DNA of 63,639 nt, filler included, from Licmophora abbreviata (taxonomy: Eukaryota): assembly GCA_900291995.1 (NCBI GenBank). It is 7 parts of 7 records of this genome, joined end to end, with 100 filler letters (N's around TTAATTAATTAA, not from the genome) between each part and the next. Parts side by side here need not be neighbours in the genome. Positions count along the whole stretch, not along the records: positions 29,425 to 49,264 come from OLMU01000967.1; positions 49,365 to 57,649 come from OLMU01000968.1; 5 more parts are not named here. One strand, written 5' to 3'. Made by a program: the position numbers and the translations under genes. How positions within the stretch are numbered: the stretch's first letter is position 1; each line of letters opens with the position of its first letter. Shown piece by piece: positions 36,959 to 49,366 of this stretch. The notes under the pieces were generated by a model. The model saw only the letters and a list, made by a program, of their open reading frames with translations. It was not told the origin of the DNA and ran no database searches.

Positions 36959-37639
36959 GGTGGTGTGATGATGGGCACCGTCAACTATTCATTTTGGAAG
37001 TGAGATATGATTTTTTGCCACAATCGAAATTTGAGCCACAACTGTGCAAGGAATCAGGAATGCATACATTCAAACAAACACTCTTCCTTGCTTTCGTAGG
37101 ATCTTTAACAATCCTTCAAATGACGTCATATACGTAGCTTGCTACTGATACCTAAATGTCATGACGTTTTGGAATCTTCCAATGAAAATCAGCCAATTTC
37201 TCGTAGAACTCACGTAGAAGAAGTACCAGCTAACAAATTTGATCGATGCGGACGACGCCTGCTTCGCCATTCGATGCAAGCCTCTTGTGCTTGAGGCAGA
37301 GTGCCATCCTCCACCTCTGAAGTTATGACGATCGCAATCGCAAAAGAGGAGAACGCCACTTGTGCCGGAGTCACTTCTAATCCCACGCTTCTGCCGAATT
37401 TGGAGCATTTCTCGCTGGCCTTCTCAACACATCATTCCCTTCATAGTGTTGTGTGCCTTCTGAATCGACCCTCGTGTAGTCCATCGGCAATCGCCATTTT
37501 TCGTCCTGGTAAGTGAATTTACGAAGGCTGGGATCTTGGATCTCGCTGCTACCGTCCAACTCGGTAGTAAACTTACGTAGGGGTCAAGCTTGTTCGAGTC
37601 CGTCTTCTTTCTTGCCATCATTCAACCTTCTGACTTGCT

Positions 37640-37651
37640 TTTCCCGCCAAA
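37640..37651. promoter_or_regulatory. TTTCCCGCCAAA, E2F-type motif ~40 nt upstream of the chromatin-protein ATG
   Basis: Exact copy of the 12-mer at 17636 and 26156. Confidence 0.5.
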
Positions 37652-37690
37652 AACGACCATATACACAGCATTGTGAAAAAATAGACCGAT

Positions 37691-40600
37691 ATGAGTGACA
37701 ATGAGTCGGACGACGTCGAAACGGTCACGCAAGTGGTGTACGAGGACAATGCCAGCGCAGGGGAAAGTCTCTCCCACCACGAAGGAGATGAGGAGGATTC
37801 CACTCATGCCTCGATCCTGACTCGCTCGACCACGCCCCATTTTGAAGACGACGCGCATGAGGACCAACCATCATCCACCATCAACATACATTTTGAAGGT
37901 CAGGAAGGAGAGGAAGATATCCCTGTAGCGGTCCACGCTGCAGACGACGACGACGACGACTGTGGTAGCGTTGTTGCAGCAGTCGTCTTGGAAGACGACG
38001 AGGTCAATGATGATAGCGCTGAGGCGGAAGCAGTCCAAGTCACGACAGGTCCTCCCCCGAAAAAGCGCAGTAGCACGGGCAACACCGCGAAGAAGAAGCC
38101 GACCAAGAAGAAAAAGGCAGCACACAAGAAGAGTGACGTCCAGGTCTCCACGGACCGACTTGTGGCCGCTTCTGATGCACGCGAAGTACTGGAGCAGGCC
38201 GTCCCAAGGCTTCCCGTCCTCATCTCGGATACTCACGTAGTGAGATCCTTTGGTCAGTTGCAACTCGAAAACTCTGCAGACCATCCCCAATTCTCTAGTG
38301 CCAGTGCACTCTACCCAGTAGGATTCTCCTGCGATCGATACGAGTTTAGTCCTATCCACGGACGTGTGCTCAAGATGCGCTGCTCGATATTTGACGGGTC
38401 CAAGGTCAAGGCCAAGCAAGCTCAGGTTGACACGTCGATTCCCGATGGACCTGTCTTTCGTGTCATGTGGGGGCAGGGTGTCGACGCCGATGCTGACACT
38501 GTGGATTATCCATATGACCCGTTTACAATGTCTGCATACGTTGGTCCCGACAAAATTGATGCTGTTGCGGTGACACCGGCAGGAAGAGAAACGGATGAGG
38601 TCATCCCCGAAGAAGGAATGCGGGTCAAGGTCCGTTTCGATCACGATGAGTGGCACACTGGGACGATTGTTGACGTTGGCGAGGAAGAGGAATGGGACAG
38701 CAAGAAACGAATGACTCTCTTCGATATTCGTGTGGCGTACGATGATGGCCACGCTGAAGACACGGTGTTTCCAAGCCCAGATATTGCTCTGCACCCGCCC
38801 GGTATGTGTTTCACGTACCGAGACAACGGCCGAGACTCTCTTCTTACTAACCATTGCTATTGTCCATTCCGCACTGTAGGATCAGAGGATGAGGCAAGCA
38901 ATGAAGGCGTCATCGAGCTCACGGCGATCCGCGGCAAGCCGGTAACGTCAGTCATTGGCGCCTCTCCAATCGAGGCTTGGGGCAAGGCTCTCGTTCAGCT
39001 TGGTCTTATTGATGAAATCATGCTAGAGATTGCCCTTGCCGCTGTGGTGTCTTCACGTGAAGAAGGGCTGGCTGAAGCGAAGGAAAAGCTGGAAACTCAG
39101 AAACAGCTGCGACAGCAAGCACGTGCGAAAACACAGCAGAAACCGGTCACGAAAGACAAAGAAGTATCCGCTGACATGGGCGAAAACAATGATGCTCCTA
39201 AGGAAATTGAAGACACATCCACCACAGAAACCAACCTCCCGCCGACCAGGGAACCGGAAATGGGCATGGACGCTGAGATCCCTGTGGATGCTGCTCATCT
39301 CCCGTTGCCAACACAGAATGGGGCGCAACATGTGGACGACACCATGCAGGCTGTCGATACCTCGACGGGTGAACCTTCAATAGTTGAAACAGAGCCCCCA
39401 ACGGAACAAGAGAAGAGACTTCGCGAGAAGATGGCTTTTCTCAGGGAACGCTTAGCCTCTGCACAGGCTGACGACCGGGAAGCACAAGCCTCTCTCGCCG
39501 ACAATCGCATAAGCGCACTTGGTCCGCTTTTGCACAATCAGTTTGGGGATGCGGACACGTCAACGCTCATGACATGGATGGCTACTGTTGTCCGTAAGGA
39601 GAAGTCAAAAATGGGCAGCACAGGCAATAAGAAGAAGATCGTGACCGTGACAGACTTGCTAGAACGGAACAATACGTTTTTCAACGGCGACATCGAGGCG
39701 TTGGTAGAGGGCCTCCCTGGCAGCGAATTTTGCCAGTCTTATGTTTTCGGCGCGCTTCGCGTTGGCGGTGCCGCTGCTATTAGTCAAGCATGGGTGCACG
39801 AGGCGAAGATACGGCAGGAGCGCGACCGCGACAGGAAGCGCCAGTCTGCCAGTGCTGCTCGAGCCAAGGCATCACAGAATCACGAGAAAGAATTGAAGAG
39901 AAAGCGCCGAGACGAGGAACGGGACCAGCGGAAGAAGCAAAAATTGGAGGAAGAAGAGCAAAAGAAGCAAGTCCGGGCTGACGAACGGCTTTCCAGGCTA
40001 CGAATTCAAATTGATGATCGCCTTTCCAAGGAAGCTACATTCCAACGCGAGAAAGTTGTTCAGCTTCTTGGAAAAACCCTCGCAAAGGAGTTTGCTCGGC
40101 GCCGAAAGGCTGCAGAACTAGTAGCAAGGCAACTAGCGCCAGATGAACAATTCAGAACGCATGCAGCGACTGTCGGCCGAGACACGAGTGATTTGCCTTT
40201 GCTGAACCGCACGTACGATGAAGATGTCGTGAGGCTCTGGGATTTCCTTTCTTCTTTTGGAACTTCATTTCTAGAGTGGGGGTATCTCGACCGTATTCCT
40301 ACACTTGATTCGCTTCAGGATGCTATTGATGTCACCCGCGGAGACGATGTAGATGGGACTTCAAAATCTGACGCACTCGATCTGCTTGTTGGCGTTAGTG
40401 TCGCTCTTTGCCAGCCGCTGGGAGCGAGCTTGACAAAGCTCTTATTTGCTAGTCTGATTGCTTTGAACCCTACCCTGCAGAAGGATTTCGGTGCGGCATT
40501 CTTTGCGGAGGTGAATGCGACAACGAACTCCAAAGGTGCTACGGGAGGCGTCCACCTTCCTGTCAATGTACTGACATGGCAGGAAATTGCTCGCGTCGTG

Positions 40601-43600
40601 TTCTTGTCAGATGCATTGATTGAACTTGGATATTCGCGAACGGAAGCCTCGCACGTGTTGCGCGGCTATCGGAGTGGAGGGCACCCGAACTCAAAGGAAG
40701 CTAAGCGTCTTCGTCGTGCTGAAGACTTCGCTCTTTCGGTCCTTCGGCAACACATCGATCAAGCTCGGTTTTCCTCTCCTCAGGGTTTACTCGCAGCCGA
40801 TGCAGAGCGCAAGATCTGCGTTCAAGTCCCTAGCTCCCCTTCTTCTACGCCTTCCGATTGGACTTTTTGGTTACACAGCGTGAAACTCCTTCCGTCGAGG
40901 TCCATTGAGCGCGCAAAAGAATGCCTGCGAAAAGCAATGGAGATTTTGAAGTCTAAAGAGGGGACCAGCAGCACGACGCTTATCGCTGATCTTGACCGAA
41001 GCCTCTCTCTGTTTGATCTGGCGTCGACTGGTGATAGTAGCTCCCTTGATCAGGCTAGAAATCTGGCACTTCAAGTACTCGACAGAGCAACGGGCGAAAC
41101 GTACTCTTCTAACACCGTTGGTCATGTGGTGCGGCAGGACAAGATTTCAGGAAACGAGCAGCCTCGATGTACGTCTGCTACGGAGGCCTCGCTTGGTCTG
41201 CAGCGTCAGCGTATTGGACACACTAAGTCAATAGAACTAGTGAGCAGCGAATACAGACAGCTTGTTCACGACAAAGAGGAGTACATGGCTGATGCGCTGC
41301 AGATCAAGGAGGAGATGGATCGCAAAGCGAATCCCGACGATGAGGACGAAGGCTCCGACGACGAGGATGAAGATGACGATCGCGGAAGTCAGAAGGAGAT
41401 CAACGACTCCAGCGGCAAGCCTGACGCCGCTTCATCGAAGGCTGAAGCGCAGCCTCAACACACTGAAAAACAGCTAGAAGAACTCAATACTGACGAAGAA
41501 GAGAAGAAAGCGTCCGAAGAGCCGTCACCGAAAGCAAGTTTGACAGCCCTCGAAAATGGACCGCCCCCCAGCTCGACTGACTCACCAGGAACAGTTCGAA
41601 TAGGAAAACCCACTCCCTGCGACGAATTCTGCGCTGACATCCCAAGTGCACCCGAACTCATTCGTAGATGTCTTGCTGTACTGCGTACGCTCTGTCTATC
41701 CAGTCCAGCGGAGCCATTCCTCTATCCTGTCGATCCTCAGATGAATCCTGGATACTACGAATCTCTCTTGAGGCCTATGTGCCTAAGAGAGGCGGGATTG
41801 CGTTTGCAAAAAGCGGCACAACTGCACTCTGAACTGACCGAATCGGCAAAGAAAGTAGAAGCCGTCGTTGCTCAGTTTGGACGAAATATTCGATTAATCG
41901 CTAAGAACTGCTCTGGGTATGGCAACGCCGGTCCTGCAATAATCGGTGCTGGTGAAGAACTGCTCCGTATATTCGAACGTCTGTTTCTTGACTGGGTGCT
42001 CGCTCCAGAAGAGCTTCTCCCTCCTCTGGAGAGACTTGACGACGACAAATGCGTGGAATACCACGAGTCAGATGAGGACTGTATGGTATTACTTTGCGAC
42101 GGATGCGAGGGCAAGTACAATATGAGCCGCTTAGATCCTCCACTTCAAAAAGTTCCGAAGGGGGACTGGTTCTGTCCTCGTTGCCTGAGCGGTCATTGTT
42201 GGGAAGATCTAGATCCCAGGGTCGGCAAGCGAGTCGCTTACTTGCAGCGGACGTTAGACGTCAATGACGGAACGGTAGAACCCACCGTGGGGATAGTCGC
42301 GGGGTGCAAATTCCGCTATGCAGAACTTCCTGATGCGGGAGCGTCGCTTGTGTATTCTGTTAAGTTTGACAACCAGATAGAAGAAGCTTGGTCACTGGAG
42401 CAAGTCGACGGAGCACTTGCCAAGGAAGGAATTGCCGTTGCGCCCATTCGTTGCTTGGAGGCCGTCGCTGAAAGCCCAGGATTCGGCCTCGGCATCGATC
42501 GCGGTCTTTATACTGACCTTGTGCCTGTCCAACTCAATCCATCGGTCACAGAGATGCCATCACAGGCTTGGCTTTCTAGTTCCGTTTTCCGCGACACAAT
42601 ATCAGCCTCAATCGCTTTATTGCTTCTGAGCCCAGAAGAAATGACAGCTTCTGAATGGCTGAGGTTGTTGGTTCTCCTTATCACAAAATGTTCTTCCAGT
42701 GAAATCATGCAGGCTCTTGCGAGTAAGAAAGAAAGCGAAGCCGCAGAAGAAGAATCAACAAAGTCTTCCCATCGCCGAAAGATCCAGGATGTCAGGGAGT
42801 TGCTTCCCATAGTGTCCGACTCTGACCTTGACGATGCGGCGGACCCCGAATCGCTGCAGATTGACAAGACTGTGGCTGCAATTGCCAAGAGCCAAGCAGA
42901 AGCATCAGACGAAACGGCCACGATGGAGCAGCCCTCGGAAGTAATCGAAGCGGCGGAAATTGAGGTCGTTGTCGATACCGAGGAAGCTCCCGTTGCAGTC
43001 GCTTCTGCCGCTGAAGCCAAGCTCTCGGATTTAGAAGTCTCGGCACTAAAGCCGACTACAGTCGCGCATAGGTCGAAGAGAGATGAAGCACGCGCTGAGA
43101 GTAGGAAGAGGCAGAGGACGAGAGAAGACAGCATAGGGGCCTACTGTATCAAGAACCAGCTGCGGCCGATCGTGGCCGCTTTCGAAGCCGACATGGTATC
43201 GCGCGTTATCGATTCTGTGCTGCAGGCCGGGCAGAGTGGGCTGAGCTTCAGTGCTTCTCGTTGCCGCGAAGTTTTGTGTGATTTTTGCGGACTCTCCGAC
43301 ACGGCCCTTGGTACTCCTCTCGTCCGAGTACCGAACAAGAAGGAATGGGATGAATTAATGCCGTATGCGTCTCGTTCCCGCAAATGTTTTGTCTTGGCGG
43401 ATGTGGGAAAGTTTGGTGGCGTTGATGAACCGAACAACTCTTCGAAACTAGTGTTGGTTAAGATCAAGGTCGACGGAGATCTGGTATCCAGAAGTGACGA
43501 GATCGGTGGAGCAATGACTGAGTTTCTTCCGAGGAATGAGAAAGGCTTTCAGGACGAGCTGATGTTTCGGTACAACTCTGGGATTCCTCTTGTAACCGGC

Positions 43601-44980
43601 TCTTTGTCAGCTCACGAATGCTGTGCGATATCTGCACATGACGGCAGAATAGATCTCGTTATTCAGAAGCACATCGAAAGAGAGAGAGCCCTCGCAGAGC
43701 AGGAGGCGGGTATCACATGCGGGAGGACGCTCGCCGTGTGCAGAGACGAAACGGGGCGATCATATTGGAAATTTAACGTCAGCTCATCTCTGTTCGTGTG
43801 TACAGATATGACTGGTATTGCTACTGCAGACTTGCACAATAAATCATGGTACAGATACTCAGCGCCGGAAGAGATAGCATGCCTAATGTTCAGCCTGGGG
43901 CACGATCCCGCGGTCAATGATTTGAAGAGGGCGTTCCCCGTATCCTCGCGAATGCTTCGAAGCAGAAAGTGGACAGAGTTACTTCAGAAGCGACGATTCC
44001 CGATCATCCATGCGGACTTTTCACCTTCGACTGTTCTCAATTCTGCTGAGCAGAAAATGCCTGAAGCCCAACGAGAGGTAGACGTTGAAATCGTCGGTCA
44101 GGAGGACGGCAACTCAGAAGACGAGGTAAGTTCAATGTAGTGATCGCGTGCTTGTGTCCCGCTGAACCGGCGCTCACTCTCTAATCTCTTAACGCCTAAG
44201 CCATATGAGGAAGGAGAACATGTCCTCGTAGAATCAAGAAACGAAAAGCTGTTATGGGACGCAGTAGTAGTTGGTGTTGCCATGTCGAACGAGGGGAAGG
44301 TAGCGGGATATCGAGTGCATTATAAAGAATGGAGCAGTCGTTTTGATGAGTGGGTCGGACCTCACCGTGTCGTCGAACCAAGTGAGAACAATATTGAAGT
44401 CCAGGTATGTAGATTTGGGGCGTTTCCCCGTTATATGTAAGTCACCGGCGAACGACTTATAATGCATTTGTGCTCCTTACCACAGGAGGAGATGCGCGTA
44501 GAGCTTCTGTCGCTCCCCCCGAGCATCCCAGCTCCGTTGGAACATATGGCAGCCAAAGCATTTCTGAAAGCAGAAAATAGAATCCGAGATCGGAATGCCA
44601 TTCCGAATTTTGCAGCGGTCGCTAAGGTCGGCCGGTCGGCTTCATCCGAAGAAGTAGCTTTTGGCGTCCTCAAAGCTGCCCTATTGATGATCGACGCTGC
44701 TCTGCCAAGAGGGGCGATGGATGTCTCTGACTCAGGCACCTGGGCAGTTGAGCGTGCTGCACTGTGGCGGGCCCTTGTGCAGAACGCGGCTGGGCCTTCC
44801 AGCCTAATGCTCTGCGCCATCCTACTGGAGGATTCACTTAATGCTGAGTACATGGACACTCAATATATCCATCTGCTGTCGTGCATGCCACTACACTGGA
44901 AGGCTGTGAAAGAAGTGTCGGTGGCCTCACTAGCACTCCGGATCCTACTTATCGACCAGGGAATTAAGTACGGGGGATAG
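37691..44980 (+). CDS. Large chromatin reader (FYR, Tudor, DDT/WHIM, bromodomain, PHD, chromo-barrel; MBD9/BAZ/RLT-like), 4 exons (37691-38801, 38880-44125, 44201-44404, 44486-44980; ~2351 aa)
   Basis: FYRN (LYPVGF..CSI..GPVFRV), Tudor (GMRVKVRF..W..G..YDDG), FYRC (SPIEAW..VEGLPG), DDT (LWDFLSSF), bromodomain (AEPFLYPVDP..PGYY..RPMCL), PHD (LLCDGC..DPPL..VPKGDWFCPRC), WHIM3 (GRSYWKF), chromo-barrel (YRVHYKEWSSRFDEWV). Exons sum to 7056 nt. Confidence 0.82.
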
Positions 44981-45003
44981 AACGATAACCTTTAACTGCC
45001 CAA

Positions 45004-48000
45004 TCACATAGAAAGTGCGACGCCCATGGTAATGCCGGCCTTGAAGACTGCCTCTCGGATTTCTTTCACTAATTGCTTCCGGGAGGTCTCGACGTGGCCT
45101 GGCACCCCCGATACTACGCCTTCTCCTTTGCAAAGTAACATAAGTCTTCGAAGCAATCGTGCACACTCTCCTCGCAAGGCCATTCGCCCAGCGTCAACAG
45201 TTTGGAGCGCACGGAGCATCCGGAATGCAGCCCGACGGCAAGCCTTGCTAACGTCGCGTCCATCCTCTTCACAGACGACGTTCACTGGTAGCCCAACTGG
45301 ACCAAGAACCAAAAAGAATGACGCGATAAGCATGTTTAGGGCTGCCGCCACAAGAGCCGCTGCCGCCACCTGGTCCTCCCCACCGTGGGCAACCGCTATT
45401 CGCAACGACGCATCGGCTGTTGTTAGCCTCTCGGCAGCTGCCAGTTGTTTCTGGGTCAGTAAATTTGATAGTGCTAGAGCATCGTGCATGCATTCTGGTA
45501 CAAACTCAACGAGCCAGTCGATGGCTGTCTCGCTAAGCCCTTGCCTGAGCAGCACCGCAACTAGTCCCCTTTGGGTTGATATGAGAGAGCGGATGATCCC
45601 GGTCAATAGAGGACAATGTGTAGGTTGCAAGCCAGCTCTCCCCTCGCTTCCCATCACGACGCTCCCGCTACTGAAGAAAAGCAGACATCTCACTATGATC
45701 GAATCCCTCGAAATCAAAAGCTCAAGAGCGGGGGCGTCCGCACAATTCGACGTCAAGACCAACCGTCGACCGGCTTCCATCACATTCCAGAGAGTTGACA
45801 GCGCGATCCTCCTCAGTCCACGTCTCTTCCATACAGACAGGCCGCACTGAAGAAGTACCACAGGGTCGCGAAGCAGCGCCCCATATGTTATGAAGGGGAG
45901 GGGTTCGTGTGGAGATGAGAGCAAGGCACGAGCGGCAGCTTCGTAGACGCTAGCAGACGTGAGATGCGCCAGAGTCTGCGAAAACACCGATTCTGCGATC
46001 TCTCCGGAAGAATCAACGTCAGTGGTTTTTAAAGCCCTTCGGATTGAGGCTTCCACGTTACCAATGAGTTTCCTTCTAGAGTCTTCTGGTCTTGGAAGGT
46101 TGAGCGTATACCACGAGAGGGAAGAAGAAGTTAACATATCGGGTGTGTTTCTTCGAACGATTTTCTCAATCGAGTCATGTACGCCCCGTAGCCCGGTGAG
46201 ACGGGCGTCTGAGGAATGGGACAAGAAACGGTGTATTTCATCCAGCGGGAAATCTCTTGGATCTATCCTGTAGGGGGATGCTGGCACTTTCTCTGAAAAT
46301 GACATACCATAGAGAAGCTGGAGCACGCATTGGCACTGTTGGTCGCTCAATGGGCGCCCTGGCTGAGTCCAGTCAATCCTGGTCGACAGCGCCTGTAGCT
46401 GCACTGGGAGAACCAGTGGTATCGGCGTACGACTCTGAATGGACGCAAGAGCAACTGTTCGAATAATGACGAGAGAAATATTCTCGCAGGCCATCGCTGC
46501 TTCGCACTTTCTCTCACTTTCTAACATCTCTTGCAGAACGCCCCTGACTTTGGAAACTTCGGTAGTGTTGAGCTCAATGGACAAAAGCAACGCGGATGGG
46601 TCAGCGGTTACTTCATCGACCGACAGCCCTGCAGAAACAAACGACGTTAGGTCCAACTCGGACTTTCCCCATTTGCATAGCTCCAAGAAGAAATCACTTC
46701 CCCTATGTTCAGATGCGAGGTTATGACTGATAGAATCTTTCCTCCAAAGGCAATCAATCAAGAGTTCGTCAACTAGAGAGGTGCTCTCCGCTCGCAGTAA
46801 CAACGCTAGTCGACTTCGAAAGACGGTACCGCGAAGAGATGGTGGTGTAGAATTGAATAAGTCTTTCAGAATGCTCAACGATGTCGTCTTATTGGCTGCA
46901 TCATAGCCCGACGAGAACGCGTGCGTCGTGACAATCAAACAGCAGCAGATTAGAAGCTTGTAGAAATCATCCTTCTCCGACGACGATTTATGGAGCAACG
47001 AGTTGCCAGCGGACATATTCGGAAGGAAGCGTTCGAACAGACGCGACACTTGATGCGTCGCAAACAGATCCGGATGCTCGGGCACAACCGACAAGGCAAG
47101 CCACGCAAACGAGCGAAGGAAAAGACATGCGCGACCCAATGCGGCATTGGAATTTGAACCTTTCTCTGCGAGTTGGTTCATTGCCTCTGTGAGACAGGTT
47201 ACAACCTTGGCTGCCAAGGAATCGCGCTCGCGTAAACACTGCCGCAAGGTAAGCACTCCATTGGGCACCGGTTCATCGGTCGGGTTGCTCTCTGTATGCA
47301 ATCGTCTCCGGGGGGGCTCGTTCTGGGTACCACTACTCCCTTGGTCCGACGTTTTGACCGATGTCAGGGTAGAATTTACTAATTCTCGCGATGAATGCTC
47401 AATCAGCAAGAGGGCGACAGCGACGGGGTCGTGCGGTGTCGCAAGATCGAGTTGCACGTCCACCATGACCTCCGCGCGCTGCAACATTGATCGTATTCGA
47501 CACAACTCTCGATGCGACAAACGAGAAAGCGCCAGTACAGAAGCCCTCGTGGCGCTCACAATTGTAGGCTGATCCGCCCCGGCGAGACGGAACGCGTCGA
47601 TGCAACCCCGCAGCAAGCATGGGACCGCGGTGGGACAATTGGCACCCAGCTGCGCAATGAGTTCTGCGGTCTGCGGAACAGCGGCGCGACAGAGAGCGCT
47701 CTGTGGAGAGAGCAGCAGTACACGTATGTTAGAAACCCACGAATGCGGCAACGACTGGCCAGCAGTCCTGACTCCATGATGCCATACTCACCGCGACGTG
47801 TCTGTGTTGCAAGTTTGGCAAATGATGCATGGCGGCCGTCAGCGTAGACCCCACGCCCGCCCCTCCCATGATCAATCCGTGTCGTCTCGATTTTTCTTCA
47901 GACAAAAGAGAACCTGTGGGGAGCGATAGCGATGCCTTCAGGGACCCCATTTCTTCGTCATCTAGATCCTTCGGTAATGGGAGTAAAGACTCCGCCACGA

Positions 48001-48652
48001 GTTTCGAAATTTCACGAACGACCTTGACTACTCGAACTTCGCGTGAATCCTGCTTCAGAGATACGGAGTCGTTCGTCTGTCCCGGACGGGTGACTAATGG
48101 TCCCTCGATCGACTGAGCTTTCGATTTAGCGTCACGCGGCTCCTCATCTTCCTCGTCGTCATGCTCGTCCATTGCCTGAATTTCTTCTAGCGAGTCATCT
48201 TGCACAAGTGATCTAGTCTGTGCTGTTACCTCTGACCGTGCTTCACCGCGTTTCCTCTTGCGCGTCGTAGCTGTTTGACGACACACGCGCGGCACATGGT
48301 GCGACGTCAAGACTTCAACCTCTTCCGCTGCCGAGTGAGTAGCTCCGACTTCTTCCAGTCGCGACACGACCGCATCGACAAAGGCGTAGTCTGAGTTGTC
48401 GTCATCTTCTTCTGTTTCAAGTTTGATGATGTTATTCAAAGATGGAATGGAAGAAAGTGGACGGGAGGCAGATAGAAGTCTCAAGAAGAGGGGCAGTCGT
48501 TGTTGTTCCTCATTGCGCCGCTGATGCTCAAGGTTGGATTCATGTGCCGGCGTATCTTTGGAGCGATCTGTTACTGTTGTTGACAAGGCCAAATTGAGCT
48601 CTCCCAGTGCTAGCCAATCATGCATTGACGTCTCAGGTCCATTCTTAGACAT
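45004..48652 (-). CDS. Integrator complex subunit 2-like (divergent), 2 exons (48652-47792, 47700-45004; ~1185 aa)
   Basis: LLRDPVVLLQC..VWK, ELLISRDSIIVRCLL and CPLLTGIIRSLISTQRGLVAVLLRQGL..LVEFVPECM resemble INTS2 blocks DPLIVLRCD..VFR, LLAAQDSAAVQILL and ICSFLHQ.FI..P.LAKLVHFQGY..V.GIPSM, in the same order and at similar total length. Confidence 0.55.
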
Positions 48653-49023
48653 AATAAGGACTAAAGCTTCAATCAGAGCTGCTAAAATACTGCGACAGTG
48701 AAATGATTCGACGAGACGAGTGACTCTTCATCGCACTGGACTCATCATGGTCTGCCGCCGCGCCGAGAGAAATTTGGGAACTTTTTGCTACGGCGCCGCG
48801 CGGATCCAGTTTCAAGTTGAAGTACGCAAGAAGTCGAAGGCGTCGATTTTCACCATCGATGGTCGCGACATCACAGCGCGATGAGATCAATTTCAAATTG
48901 ACAATATCAACGCAAGACTCAAGACTGGCACGACTGATGTTGCAATCAATGATGATGTTATGTGAACTACACACACAACACGAGATATTGCAATATCACA
49001 TCAAGACCAGAAAATAGTGAAGC

Positions 49024-49264
49024 ATGAGCTTGGATGATTGGGAAGCGACGTGCTGCATCTACGACGAATCGACGACCACCGCTCTCGACACTCAGGGTCG
49101 TCTCGTGCGGGGGTCCATTGAATTGCAAATTCCGCTGGATCATCTTGTCTTTTGTCGACGCAGTTCAGATGGCATGTATCGATTCTGGATATTGCACGAT
49201 GATAATACTGTTTGTGAGGAAGAAGCGCTCTTGCGATTCAGGGTTGAGTTTTGGTGCACTCCTC
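49024..49264 (+). CDS. Probable N-terminal (RWD-like) part of the RBR ligase, running into the linker
   Basis: MSLDDWEATCCIY resembles the RWD first helix (QxxELEALxSIY); frame open to the gap. Confidence 0.45.
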
Positions 49265-49364
49265 NNNNNNNNNNNNNNNNNNNNNNNNNNNNNNNNNNNN
49301 NNNNNNNNTTAATTAATTAANNNNNNNNNNNNNNNNNNNNNNNNNNNNNNNNNNNNNNNNNNNN
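49265..49364. other. Artificial assembly linker
   Basis: 44 N + TTAATTAATTAA + 44 N. Confidence 0.98.
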
Positions 49365-49366
49365 AA

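Noticed and set aside
37871..38854. Long antisense ORFs over eukaryotic genes (e.g. 37871-38854, 45026-45850, 51648-52541, 25641-26438)
   Set aside because: They lie opposite well-supported genes and have no domain features.
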